From positions 32,001 through 96,000 of the forward strand of contig JBQTHB010000003.1 of NCBI GenBank assembly GCA_052390235.1: a stretch of 64,000 bases of DNA, written 5' to 3'. The position numbers and the translations under genes are program-made. The stretch comes from Deltaproteobacteria bacterium. GTDB lineage: Bacteria; Desulfobacterota_D; UBA1144; Nemesobacterales; CSP1-2. The notes beneath the pieces were generated by a model. The model was not told the origin of the DNA. It saw only the letters and a program-made list of their open reading frames with translations, and ran no database searches. Below are positions 20,982-29,548 of the stretch, in pieces. Position 1 is the first letter of the stretch. Each line of letters opens with the position of its first letter.

Positions 20982-21010
20982 ATTGTATCCGACGCATCTT
21001 GGCGTTGCAA
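20982..21010 (-). promoter_or_regulatory. Putative sigma70 promoter for nuoG-nuoH
   Basis: Minus strand TTGCAA-17 bp-TACAAT, about 30 bp upstream of the nuoG ATG. Confidence 0.55.
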
Positions 21011-21143
21011 GTTGCGCAGAAAACGGGGATTTATAGACATTTCTCTATCATCAATTATTAAATCCGTCTGAAGCGGCCCCACTGGAGATTCCCTGAGGCG
21101 CAATTTGACTATCGCCATCCGATGCAAAATAATCTCCATCATA

Positions 21144-22313
21144 ATGAATGAATATTTCTCTCTCTCAAGCCTCATAAGCGAGGAAATCCACACCGTATCG
21201 TCCCTAAACGCAGAGATTAAAGCCCTCGTCGAGAGCGGCTTCGGCGGGGATTACGTCTGGGTTGCAGGCGAGATTTCAAATTTCAAAGGGAATTATTCGA
21301 GCGGGCACTGGTACTTCTCCCTTAAAGACGAGGCGAGCCAAATCTCCGCCGTGTGCTTTAAATGGCTCAATCAGTACGTGAAATTCAAGCCTGAGAACGG
21401 AATGGAGGTTCTGTGCTGCGCCGAGGTGTCGGTATATGAGAAGAACGGCTCGTACCAGCTTGCGGTAAGGCACATCGAGCCTAAGGGGGTCGGGGCACAG
21501 GCTCTGGCTCTGCGGCAACTCAAAGAAAAGCTCCTTGCCGAGGGGCTGTTTGACCCCTCCCGGAAACGCCCTCTGCCCTTTCTTCCCAGAAGGGTCGGCA
21601 TTGTTACGTCCCCATCGGGAGCGGCTCTGCGGGACATTCTAAAAGTTCTGGAAAGACGATTTGCAAACCTAGAAGTGATTATTTCTCCGACCCGAGTGCA
21701 GGGCGCACAGGCCCCGGCGGACATTGTCAAAGCCCTGGGGAGGATTTACCGCGCTGAGGGGATTGATTTGATAATTCTCGCCAGAGGGGGAGGCTCTGGG
21801 GAAGACCTCTGGGCTTTCAACGATGAATCTGTGGCGCGGGAAATCGCGCGCTCGCCCGTGCCTCTCATATCCGCCGTGGGACACGAGATTGACACGACAG
21901 TCGCCGATTTAGTAGCCGACGTGAGGGCATCTACCCCTTCGGTTGCGGCAGAAATCGCTGTGAGAGAGAAATCCGAGCTTGAGGGGGAACTCCTCGCCCT
22001 TCGGGACAGGATGGGGACGGCTCTTCGGAATCGGGCGGAGTCCTGCGCCAGAGAAATCGAGAGGATGGAGGCGGATGCGAAAAGGGCGATAACCCAGAAA
22101 CTAGGCGCATTTGGCATGGATATTCAGGCGGCTTCGGGAAAATTGGACGCGCTAAGCCCGCTGAAAATCCTGGAAAGGGGCTATGCCGCCGTATATAAAT
22201 TGCCCGACGCAACAGTGGTTAAAGAGGCTCGGCAGCTGCGCCGCGGGGATGAGATTCTAATAAAATTTCATCTGGGAGCGGCCAGATGCTCCGTAGAAGA
22301 GGTGCAGGACTAG
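21144..22313 (+). CDS. xseA: Exodeoxyribonuclease VII large subunit
   Basis: VWVAGEISNF, SGHWYFSLKD, ARGGGS.EDLWAFNDE, SAVGHEID, STPS.AAE, LSPL.ILERGYA. Confidence 0.95.
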   Translation: MNEYFSLSSLISEEIHTVSSLNAEIKALVESGFGGDYVWVAGEISNFKGNYSSGHWYFSLKDEASQISAVCFKWLNQYVKFKPENGMEVLCCAEVSVYEKNGSYQLAVRHIEPKGVGAQALALRQLKEKLLAEGLFDPSRKRPLPFLPRRVGIVTSPSGAALRDILKVLERRFANLEVIISPTRVQGAQAPADIVKALGRIYRAEGIDLIILARGGGSGEDLWAFNDESVAREIARSPVPLISAVGHEIDTTVADLVADVRASTPSVAAEIAVREKSELEGELLALRDRMGTALRNRAESCAREIERMEADAKRAITQKLGAFGMDIQAASGKLDALSPLKILERGYAAVYKLPDATVVKEARQLRRGDEILIKFHLGAARCSVEEVQD

Positions 22314-22355
22314 CCCGCTTCGCTGCGGCGCGCGGTGAATCGAGGATTTTTATTC

Positions 22356-22433
22356 CCCATCATCTCTGGGCGCCCTTCTCCCGCCAAAGCGCATAGACAA
22401 CGGGAATTATGACCAGCGTTAGCGCGGCTGAGG
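22356..22433. repeat. Direct repeat copy 1 (duplicate of the cusA 3' end)
   Basis: 75/78 bp identical to 23127-23204. Confidence 0.92.
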
Positions 22434-22856
22434 CAGTCTCTCATAATCCATTCCAACCTGCGCGAAGTGTTCGTCTTCTGTCAGAATATACTTAATCCCC
22501 AGCTCGCTCATAACTACCATAGAAGTTAAATCGGTGAACGATATGAGGGGTTTGTCGCGAAATTTAATACGGAGCTTTTTTGCGTTTTCAAATCGCTCTT
22601 TGGTAATCCACTCAAGTAGCAGATATCCATTCTGAGCCGCTCTGTCGGTTTCTTTAACAAACTTAGCGGCGTAATCAAACGGCAGTCTCCTAAAAAGCAG
22701 AGTCAGGGTTTCGTCCATCACATATTCGCTTGTGTAAATCGCCGCCCCGTCGCGTCTGAATTTACTATAGATTTCTCCGGCTTCCCGGTGTTTGGCTTCC
22801 CCGTTGTCCCTGAGCGCAAGCCACCCCCAAGTATCAATAAAGAGCTTCAGTGTCAT
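22419..22856 (-). CDS. vapC: PIN-domain (VapC-type) toxin
   Basis: LFIDTWGW, YVMDETLT, ISFTD.TS..VM...GI..ILTED.HF give the acidic PIN quartet. 4-bp overlap with the upstream antitoxin. Confidence 0.88.
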   Translation of the reverse strand: MTLKLFIDTWGWLALRDNGEAKHREAGEIYSKFRRDGAAIYTSEYVMDETLTLLFRRLPFDYAAKFVKETDRAAQNGYLLLEWITKERFENAKKLRIKFRDKPLISFTDLTSMVVMSELGIKYILTEDEHFAQVGMDYERLPQPR

Positions 22857-23080
22857 TCTCCGTAGAGCGCTTTATCAATGTCCCCTGCTAACGAGCCGGA
22901 AGATACGTCGCCGATGAGATTTAGTATCGGGTCGTTTTCGGGACTGAGCGTGGATTTTTCCTTAGCAATATTATTATCGCGGGTGATGGTAATTCGGACT
23001 TTTTCGTTCTCGTTTAGTTCGATTTTATCCATGGGCTGAATCATCCCGCCACGATAAATCGCTTTAATTGTTTTAGCCAT
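22853..23080 (-). CDS. Putative antitoxin, DUF104/AF2212-like
   Basis: MAKTIKAIYRGG.I.P..KIEL.ENEKV.I.I signature. 75 aa, immediately upstream of the PIN toxin. Confidence 0.8.
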   Translation of the reverse strand: MAKTIKAIYRGGMIQPMDKIELNENEKVRITITRDNNIAKEKSTLSPENDPILNLIGDVSSGSLAGDIDKALYGE

Positions 23081-23100
23081 TTTATAGCCCCCTGAGGGTA

Positions 23101-23131
23101 ATTCTATCACAAAACATGGGGAAATTCCCAT
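23101..23131 (-). promoter_or_regulatory. Extended -10 promoter and imperfect palindrome upstream of the TA pair
   Basis: Minus strand TGaTAGAAT (23109-23101). ATGGGGAAATTCCCAT inverted repeat at 23116-23131 is a possible autoregulatory operator. Confidence 0.4.
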
Positions 23132-23204
23132 CATCTCTGGGCGTTCTTCTCCCGCCAAAGCGCATAGACGACGGGAATTATGACCAGCGTTAGCGCGGCT
23201 GAGG
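23127..23204. repeat. Direct repeat copy 2 (functional cusA 3' end)
   Basis: Matches 22356-22433 with 3 mismatches. Confidence 0.92.
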
Positions 23205-26200
23205 TGATAAGCCCTCCGACCATCGGCGCGGCGATGCGCTTCATGGTATCAGCCCCCGCCCCCGCGCTCCACATTATCGGTAGCAACCCTATTATCGTCG
23301 TAAGCACGGTCATCATCTTGGGTCTCACCCTCTCGGCCGCCCCTTCGATTATCGCCTCGTTTAAATCCGAAAGTGTGCTCATTCGCCCCTCTCGACGACG
23401 CCGCTCAAACGCCTCGTCCAGATAAATTATCATCACCACCCCCGTCTCGGCGGCAAGTCCGGCAAGGGCGATAATTCCCACCCACACTGCGGCGCTTAGG
23501 CTGTATCCAAGCAGGTACAGTAGCCAGAAACTCCCGACTATGGAAAAAGGCACTGAACACAGCACGATGAGCGTCTTAGCGGCGGAGTTGAAATTTATAT
23601 AGAGTAGGAGAAAAATCAGGAAAACCGTCAGTGGCGCGATGTAGGCGAGCTTTTCTTTGACCCTTTGGAGGTATTTATACTGCCCCGCCCACTCAACCGT
23701 GTACCCCGGCGGCAGATTTACCTGCTCGGCGAGCGCCTCCTTTGCCCTCTCGACGTATCCCTCATAGTCGCCCCCTTCCACGTCAACGAAAACGTATCCG
23801 ACTTTGCGGGCGTTCTCGTTCCTGATTTCAGAAGGCCCTGAGGCAAAGTTGATGTCGGCGATAAGCCCAATAGGAATCTGCGCCCCAGATGGTGTACCGA
23901 CTAAAACCCTAGACACAGAATCCACATCCGAGCGAAAATCCCTTTGGTATCGGACGTTTATCGAGTATCGCTCCTGCCCTTCGACGGCCTCAGATATGGT
24001 TTTTCCGCCGAGAGCCGTTTCAATTACATCCTGGGCGTCCGCAATTGTTAGCCCGTACCTCGCCGCCTCTTCGCGTTTAATACGAAAATCGAGGAAATAC
24101 CCGCCCGCGACGCGCTCGGCAAAAGCGCTTCTAGCGCCGGGGAGGGATGCAAGAACGTTCTCAATCTCGACCCCTATCCGCTCGATGACCTCAATGTCCG
24201 AGCCGAACACTTTTACGCCTAAATTGCTCCTAAACCCCGTCGAGAGCATCTCCAGCCTCGTCTGTATCGGCATCCAAAAGATATTTGCCATACCGGGGAA
24301 TTTCATCCGCTCGTTCATCTCGGAGACAAGCGCATCCCAGGTCATGCCCTTGCGCCACTCGCTCTGGGGTTTTAGCGTAACGACGGTTTCTACCATACTG
24401 AGCGGGGCGGAGTCAGTGGGGGAATCAGACCGCCCGATTTTGCCCCACACGCGCTCGACTTCTGGGAATTTCATCAGAGTCGCATCTTGAATCTGGAGAA
24501 TGCGCGCCGCCTCGGTTACGGAGATTCCGGGAACCGCCGTAGGCATATACAGAATCGTCCCTTCGTTCAGAGGGGGCATGAATTCCGAGCCGAGTTTCAT
24601 CGCGGGAATCGAGGTCAGGGCAATGGCAACCGCCGCCGCCGCTATGACCGCTCGATTGTATCCGAGCGCGAGGCGGACAACGGGCAAGTAAATTCGGATG
24701 AGAAAGCGGCTTATCGGGTTTTTCTCCTCCGGCAGTACGGCGCTCCCTCTCACGGCGAGAGTGATGAGGGCGGGGGTGAGGGTTATGGCGAGCAGGGCGG
24801 CAAAGAACATCGAAAAGGTCTTTGTCAGAGCGAGCGGGCGAAAGAGCCTCCCCTCCTGATATTCGAGCGCGAATACCGGGAGAAACGAGACGGTTATCAC
24901 GAGGAGGGAGAAGAAAATAGGACGCCCCACCTCTTTCATGGCATCAATCACCGCGGCGTTTCGGTCTATCTGCTGAGAGGAAACCCCCTCAAGCCTCTTA
25001 TGCACGTTTTCAATCAGCACAATGGACGCGTCAACCATAGCCCCTACGGCTATTGCAATCCCGCCCAGAGACATGATATTTGCCGTAATCCCCATGTAGT
25101 ACATCGGGATAAATGCTATCAGCACGCCCAAAGGGATGGTGAGTATCGGCACGAGGGCGCTTCTGGCATGGAGCAGGAAAGCGATAATTACGAGGCTTAC
25201 GACTATCATCTCCTGCGTGAGACTCGCTTTGAGCGTAGCCACGGCGCGCAAGATTAAATCCGAGCGGTCGTAGGTCGCGACTATCCGCACGCCTTTAGGC
25301 AGGGATGATTTCGCCTCTTCGAGCTTTTGCTTGACCCCCGCTATGACGTTTAGGGCGTTCTCGCCGTAGCGCATAACGACGATGCCGCCGACGGCCTCGC
25401 CCCTGCCGTCGAGTTCCGCGATTCCCCTGCGGGCGTCTCCCCCGATTTGGACGCGAGCCACGTCCCGCACATAGACCGCAGTCCCCGCGCTTGCGCCGAC
25501 CGCTATATTTTCTATATCGCTGATGGATTTAATATATCCCCGCCCTCTTATAAAATACTCCGTCGAGGCAAACTCCACCACGCGCCCGCCTACGTCGTTG
25601 TTGCCGCTGCGGACAGCTTGAATCACCGCGCTTATCGGCACGCCGTAGGAGGCGAGTTTCACCGGGTCAACCTCAATCTGATACTGCTTCTCAAACCCTC
25701 CGATGCCCGCCACCTCAGCCACGCCGGGAACGGATTGGAGCAAATATCTAAGATACCAATCCTGAAGCGCGCGCAGCTCGGCTAGGTCATTTGCGCCGCT
25801 CTCATCCACGATGGCGTATTGATACACCCAGCCCACGCCCGTTGCGTCCGGGCCAAGCCTCGGAGAAACCCCTTCGGGAAGCCTCCCCGAAACTACGCTC
25901 AGATACTCAATAACGCGGCTTCTAGCCCAGTAAATATCCGCCCCGTCCTCGAACACTATATAGACAAGCGACGCGCCGAACATGGACTGCCCGCGCACGT
26001 ATTTCACCCTAGGGGCGGAGAGCATCGAGGCGGCTATTGGGTATGTGATTTGGTCTTCTACTATGTCGGGGCTTCTGCCGTCCCAATCCGTATAGACGAT
26101 GACCTGAACGTCCGAGAGGTCTGGGATGGCGTCAAGCGGGGTGCGCGTCATTGCCCAGAATCCCCAAGCCGCCGCAAATAGCACGAGAGCTATCGTGAGG

Positions 26201-26241
26201 AATCTATTTCTCGCCGAGTATTCAATGATTTTCTCTATCAT
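23131..26241 (-). CDS. cusA: CusA/CzcA-family heavy-metal efflux RND transporter (Cu/Ag type)
   Basis: LDAIPDLSDVQVI, GPDATGVGWVYQY, AVGAMVDA, EFMPPLNEG.ILYMP, RPKMMT, MKRIAAPMVGG. Confidence 0.93.
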   Translation of the reverse strand: MIEKIIEYSARNRFLTIALVLFAAAWGFWAMTRTPLDAIPDLSDVQVIVYTDWDGRSPDIVEDQITYPIAASMLSAPRVKYVRGQSMFGASLVYIVFEDGADIYWARSRVIEYLSVVSGRLPEGVSPRLGPDATGVGWVYQYAIVDESGANDLAELRALQDWYLRYLLQSVPGVAEVAGIGGFEKQYQIEVDPVKLASYGVPISAVIQAVRSGNNDVGGRVVEFASTEYFIRGRGYIKSISDIENIAVGASAGTAVYVRDVARVQIGGDARRGIAELDGRGEAVGGIVVMRYGENALNVIAGVKQKLEEAKSSLPKGVRIVATYDRSDLILRAVATLKASLTQEMIVVSLVIIAFLLHARSALVPILTIPLGVLIAFIPMYYMGITANIMSLGGIAIAVGAMVDASIVLIENVHKRLEGVSSQQIDRNAAVIDAMKEVGRPIFFSLLVITVSFLPVFALEYQEGRLFRPLALTKTFSMFFAALLAITLTPALITLAVRGSAVLPEEKNPISRFLIRIYLPVVRLALGYNRAVIAAAAVAIALTSIPAMKLGSEFMPPLNEGTILYMPTAVPGISVTEAARILQIQDATLMKFPEVERVWGKIGRSDSPTDSAPLSMVETVVTLKPQSEWRKGMTWDALVSEMNERMKFPGMANIFWMPIQTRLEMLSTGFRSNLGVKVFGSDIEVIERIGVEIENVLASLPGARSAFAERVAGGYFLDFRIKREEAARYGLTIADAQDVIETALGGKTISEAVEGQERYSINVRYQRDFRSDVDSVSRVLVGTPSGAQIPIGLIADINFASGPSEIRNENARKVGYVFVDVEGGDYEGYVERAKEALAEQVNLPPGYTVEWAGQYKYLQRVKEKLAYIAPLTVFLIFLLLYINFNSAAKTLIVLCSVPFSIVGSFWLLYLLGYSLSAAVWVGIIALAGLAAETGVVMIIYLDEAFERRRREGRMSTLSDLNEAIIEGAAERVRPKMMTVLTTIIGLLPIMWSAGAGADTMKRIAAPMVGGLITSAALTLVIIPVVYALWREKNAQR

Positions 26242-27623
26242 CGCGCCTCCCCTCCCGCGTTGGGAATTGGGGAAGCGTCCGTATCCGTCTGCGCGCCGCC
26301 GCCGCCCCAAGACGCAACGGCCGCCTGAATTTTACTCTCCGCATCAATGAGAAAATTGGCGCGGGTGATGACTCTCTCGCCCTCCGAAAGCCCCCGCAGA
26401 ACCTGCGCGTAGCCCTCGGACTCCCTGCCCACCTCAATCCGCCTCATCTCGATGCTCCCCCTGCCCTTATCCACGAACACTATGTCCTGCCTGCCGCCTC
26501 TGAGTACCGCGCTCTCAGGCACAGCGAGACTCTCTCCAATGGGGATGAGAAGCTCGGCTGTGGCGTACATTCCGGGAAGGAGTTTCAGGTGAGGGTTTGC
26601 AAATTCCATGCGGACTTTCGCCGTCCTCGTCTCCGCCATGACGTGTGGGAGGATGAATTTCACTCTGCCCATGAATTTCTCGCCGGGATAGGCATCTATC
26701 GTGATGATGGCGCTATGCCCCGGCTGAACGAGTGAAATATCAGTCTGATAAATATCGGCATTGACCCACACTGCGGAGTGGTCGGCTATTGAATAGAGTT
26801 TCATATTCGGCTCGACGTACATATTGGGATAGGCGTTTTTCTCGACAATAAACCCCGATGCGGGGGAGTACACGACGAGGTTTTTTTCCGCATGCCCGGA
26901 CTTGTCCAGTTCCCTGATTTGCCCCTCTGATAGATTGAGTCGCCGAAGCCTGAGGCGCGCCGCCTCGACTAGGGACACCGCCCCGCGGGATATTTCCGGG
27001 AATTCGCTTCCCTCAAGGATTTTTTGGGAGCGCGCGGCTAGGAGATATTCCTCCTGGGCGAGTGCGGCCTCAGGGCTATAGATTGAAAAGAGCGGCTCTC
27101 CCCGCTTTACATGGCGGTACGGGTAGTCGGCATAGACATGATCAATCCACCCGCCGAATCTCGTCTGCACAAGCGTGATTTTGCTCTCGTCAACCTCAAC
27201 TGAGGCGGCGGCGCGGATGATTTTGGTCATCTTCCGCATGGACGCGCGCTCGGTCTTTACGCCTATAACTTGTTGCCGCTCAGGGCTTACGGTAAATATC
27301 CCCTCCAGCGCGTCTGGCTCTTGCATCCCCGGCGCTTGGGCGGCGCCTTGCAAATCTCCGCTCGGCTTCCTGCGAACGGGAACTAAGTCCATACCGCATA
27401 ACGGGCATTCTCCTTGCTGTTTTAACCTCACGGACGGGTGCATCGTGCAGGTCCAGTAGTCAATATCCCCAGCGTCGTTCAGGACGGGTTTGAGCTGATG
27501 CCGGTGCCCAGCGGCGAAAAAGGGGATTTCACTTAAAATAGGAATCTTGTAGCCGAATTTATACAGCGCGAGTAGCCCCAGGAGCAAGGCGGCTAGGATT
27601 GATAGGGTTTTAATTCTCTTCAT
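26238..27623 (-). CDS. cusB: CusB-like periplasmic adaptor with N-terminal heavy-metal-binding domain
   Basis: WTCTMHP...CPLCGMDL metal-binding motif, MFP body, NFLIDAES C-terminus. GGAGG RBS before ATG 27623. Confidence 0.9.
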   Translation of the reverse strand: MKRIKTLSILAALLLGLLALYKFGYKIPILSEIPFFAAGHRHQLKPVLNDAGDIDYWTCTMHPSVRLKQQGECPLCGMDLVPVRRKPSGDLQGAAQAPGMQEPDALEGIFTVSPERQQVIGVKTERASMRKMTKIIRAAASVEVDESKITLVQTRFGGWIDHVYADYPYRHVKRGEPLFSIYSPEAALAQEEYLLAARSQKILEGSEFPEISRGAVSLVEAARLRLRRLNLSEGQIRELDKSGHAEKNLVVYSPASGFIVEKNAYPNMYVEPNMKLYSIADHSAVWVNADIYQTDISLVQPGHSAIITIDAYPGEKFMGRVKFILPHVMAETRTAKVRMEFANPHLKLLPGMYATAELLIPIGESLAVPESAVLRGGRQDIVFVDKGRGSIEMRRIEVGRESEGYAQVLRGLSEGERVITRANFLIDAESKIQAAVASWGGGGAQTDTDASPIPNAGGEAR

Positions 27624-28899
27624 GTAAACCTCCATTGCTCGCAGGAGAGTCTGCCCTTGCCAATTCACCGCCGATAAGCTCAATGAGTTTCGCGCGGGCT
27701 TTTTCATGCCGGACAAATTTCCTCCAGTACTCAAGCTCGAAATTGAGCAACGCTTCCGATGCGTCAGACAGAGAGGTGAAATCAGCCTCCCCCGCCCGAT
27801 AGCCCGCCAGCGCCGCATCAACCGCAAGCCTCGCCTGAGGGATTATCCCCTTTGAGTAGAGCGATAGAAGCCTCTCGGAGCTTTTCAGGGCGGCGTAATT
27901 TTCCCGAATCATGTACCGCAGATTCCGGCTCGCATCGGCAATTTCCTCTTTCGAGCCGTCCAGCAAATATGCCGCCTCAGCTACTGCGGACCTCTCCTTC
28001 CTCCAGAAATATACGGGCGCGATAAACCCCACTTTAGCCGACCATTCGTCTGTAAAACCGCCTCGGTTAAACCACGAAATCTCAGCCACTATGTCTGGGA
28101 AATATTCCCTCCGCCGCAGTTCGAGCGACGCTTCCGCCGCCTCGGAGTATTTTCTCTTCGCCACTATCTCCGGATTTCGGGCATCGGCAAGGGAGTAAAG
28201 CTCATCGAGCGTGTAATCGAGTGGCGATGGAGTCAGCTCGCTGGGAACGGCTATTGGAGCGGAGGCGGGCGGGCGGTTCAGAAGCGCGCCGAGCCGAGCC
28301 GAGGCAACCTCGCCCTCTGCGTCGAGGGTCTCGAGGGCATCTATCGAGGCTGAGATTTGGAGCTGAGCCTTAACTAAATCCGTCTGGGACGAAAATCCGG
28401 CTTCGTAGCCCGCTTTGGCAACGCTGGCAAATCTCTCAAGCAATTCCTTATTTTTCGACTCCACAGCGCGGGATTTATTAGCCAAGAACAGGTCGAGATA
28501 AGCCGCCCGAACCTCGAACTCCACGCGGTTTATCAAGGATTCGAGAGACGAGCCGCTGGACTGGGCTTCATGCCCCGCGACTTTGCCCTTTAATCTCAAT
28601 TTACCGGGGAAGGGGAATTGCTGCGAGGCATAGACCTGTAGCTCGGCGAAATCGTCTTCTCCGAGGGTGATACGGTCAAAGCCCACGTTTTTATAGCCTG
28701 CCCCGATTTCGGGATTTGGAAGCGAGCTTTCTTGAGCGGGGCGCGTCAGCATCGCCTGCCAATTCGAGCGCGCCGCCTTGATTTCGGGGCTATTCTCTAG
28801 GGCTTCGCGCACGAGCGCGCCTAGGGCTGGGGATTGCTCGGCATATCCCTCCCTAGCCCACAGCATGAGAAATAGGGATATAGCTAGGAATAATCTCAT
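27610..28899 (-). CDS. TolC-family outer membrane efflux protein (CusC-like)
   Basis: Signal peptide, ALENSPEI, Q.FPFPGKL, YRAGEADF..L. First gene of the TolC-MFP-RND operon. Confidence 0.88.
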   Translation of the reverse strand: MRLFLAISLFLMLWAREGYAEQSPALGALVREALENSPEIKAARSNWQAMLTRPAQESSLPNPEIGAGYKNVGFDRITLGEDDFAELQVYASQQFPFPGKLRLKGKVAGHEAQSSGSSLESLINRVEFEVRAAYLDLFLANKSRAVESKNKELLERFASVAKAGYEAGFSSQTDLVKAQLQISASIDALETLDAEGEVASARLGALLNRPPASAPIAVPSELTPSPLDYTLDELYSLADARNPEIVAKRKYSEAAEASLELRRREYFPDIVAEISWFNRGGFTDEWSAKVGFIAPVYFWRKERSAVAEAAYLLDGSKEEIADASRNLRYMIRENYAALKSSERLLSLYSKGIIPQARLAVDAALAGYRAGEADFTSLSDASEALLNFELEYWRKFVRHEKARAKLIELIGGELARADSPASNGGLHEEN

Positions 28900-29056
28900 T
28901 TTAACGAACCTCCTTAAAACCCGCGCGCCGCCGGGAGCAATTGCCGTAATTTCCCGTCGGCTCTGGGAGAATACAGGGATAAATTAGAGTGGTTTGACTC
29001 CGCCTCCGAGGGGAAACTGCGCCTCAGGCGGGTGTGTTAGAGGGATTTTTGGCGTA

Positions 29057-29434
29057 TTAGCACAGAAAAGCGGAATTAGCGAGGAACGCCTCAGGCGGGC
29101 TATAGCCGCTATCTTTCTTAAAGAGCGGAGCGCGGCCGCGAGCCGGGCAGGCTTCGAGATTTGCGGGGGTGATGGCTATTGAGGCGGAAAGCACGTCCTT
29201 TAGGCGAAGTTCTAGGTTTTGCGGAGCGCAGGCGAGAGAGTCGTGGCAGACGCACGCGCCGCCATTTTGGGAGTCTCCTTCGGGGGATTGCGTCCCCTCA
29301 GCCGGAGCGTTGGATGAGCGGGCATGGCAGGTCATTGCCTTTTGAGAAGCGGCGATGACGCCAAATCCGCCGCTGCCGAGCAGTCCGTAGCAGAAGAGAA
29401 TATTCAGCGCTAGAAAGAGAGTTACGTGTCGCAC
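29057..29434 (-). CDS. Small secreted Cys/His-containing protein upstream of the cus operon (DUF2946/CruR/CutF-like candidate leader)
   Basis: Signal-like N-terminus, MTCH, CVCH...C, C-terminal YSPP..FL.NSAFLC. A strong promoter lies directly upstream. Confidence 0.6.
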   Translation of the reverse strand: MRHVTLFLALNILFCYGLLGSGGFGVIAASQKAMTCHARSSNAPAEGTQSPEGDSQNGGACVCHDSLACAPQNLELRLKDVLSASIAITPANLEACPARGRAPLFKKDSGYSPPEAFLANSAFLC

Positions 29435-29443
29435 CTTGTCTCT

Positions 29444-29471
29444 ATTCTATCGTTGCCTAGGCGGATGTCAA
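29444..29471 (-). promoter_or_regulatory. Sigma70 promoter for the leader ORF and cus operon
   Basis: Minus strand TTGACA-16 bp-TAGAAT ending 10 bp before GTG 29434, implying a near-leaderless mRNA. Confidence 0.6.
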
Positions 29472-29548
29472 TATCCGAATTCGCGCTCGGAAAGGGGGAC
29501 GCGATTCTCCTTTTCAAGCCCAGATATGCGTGTTAACATAAGACTGCC

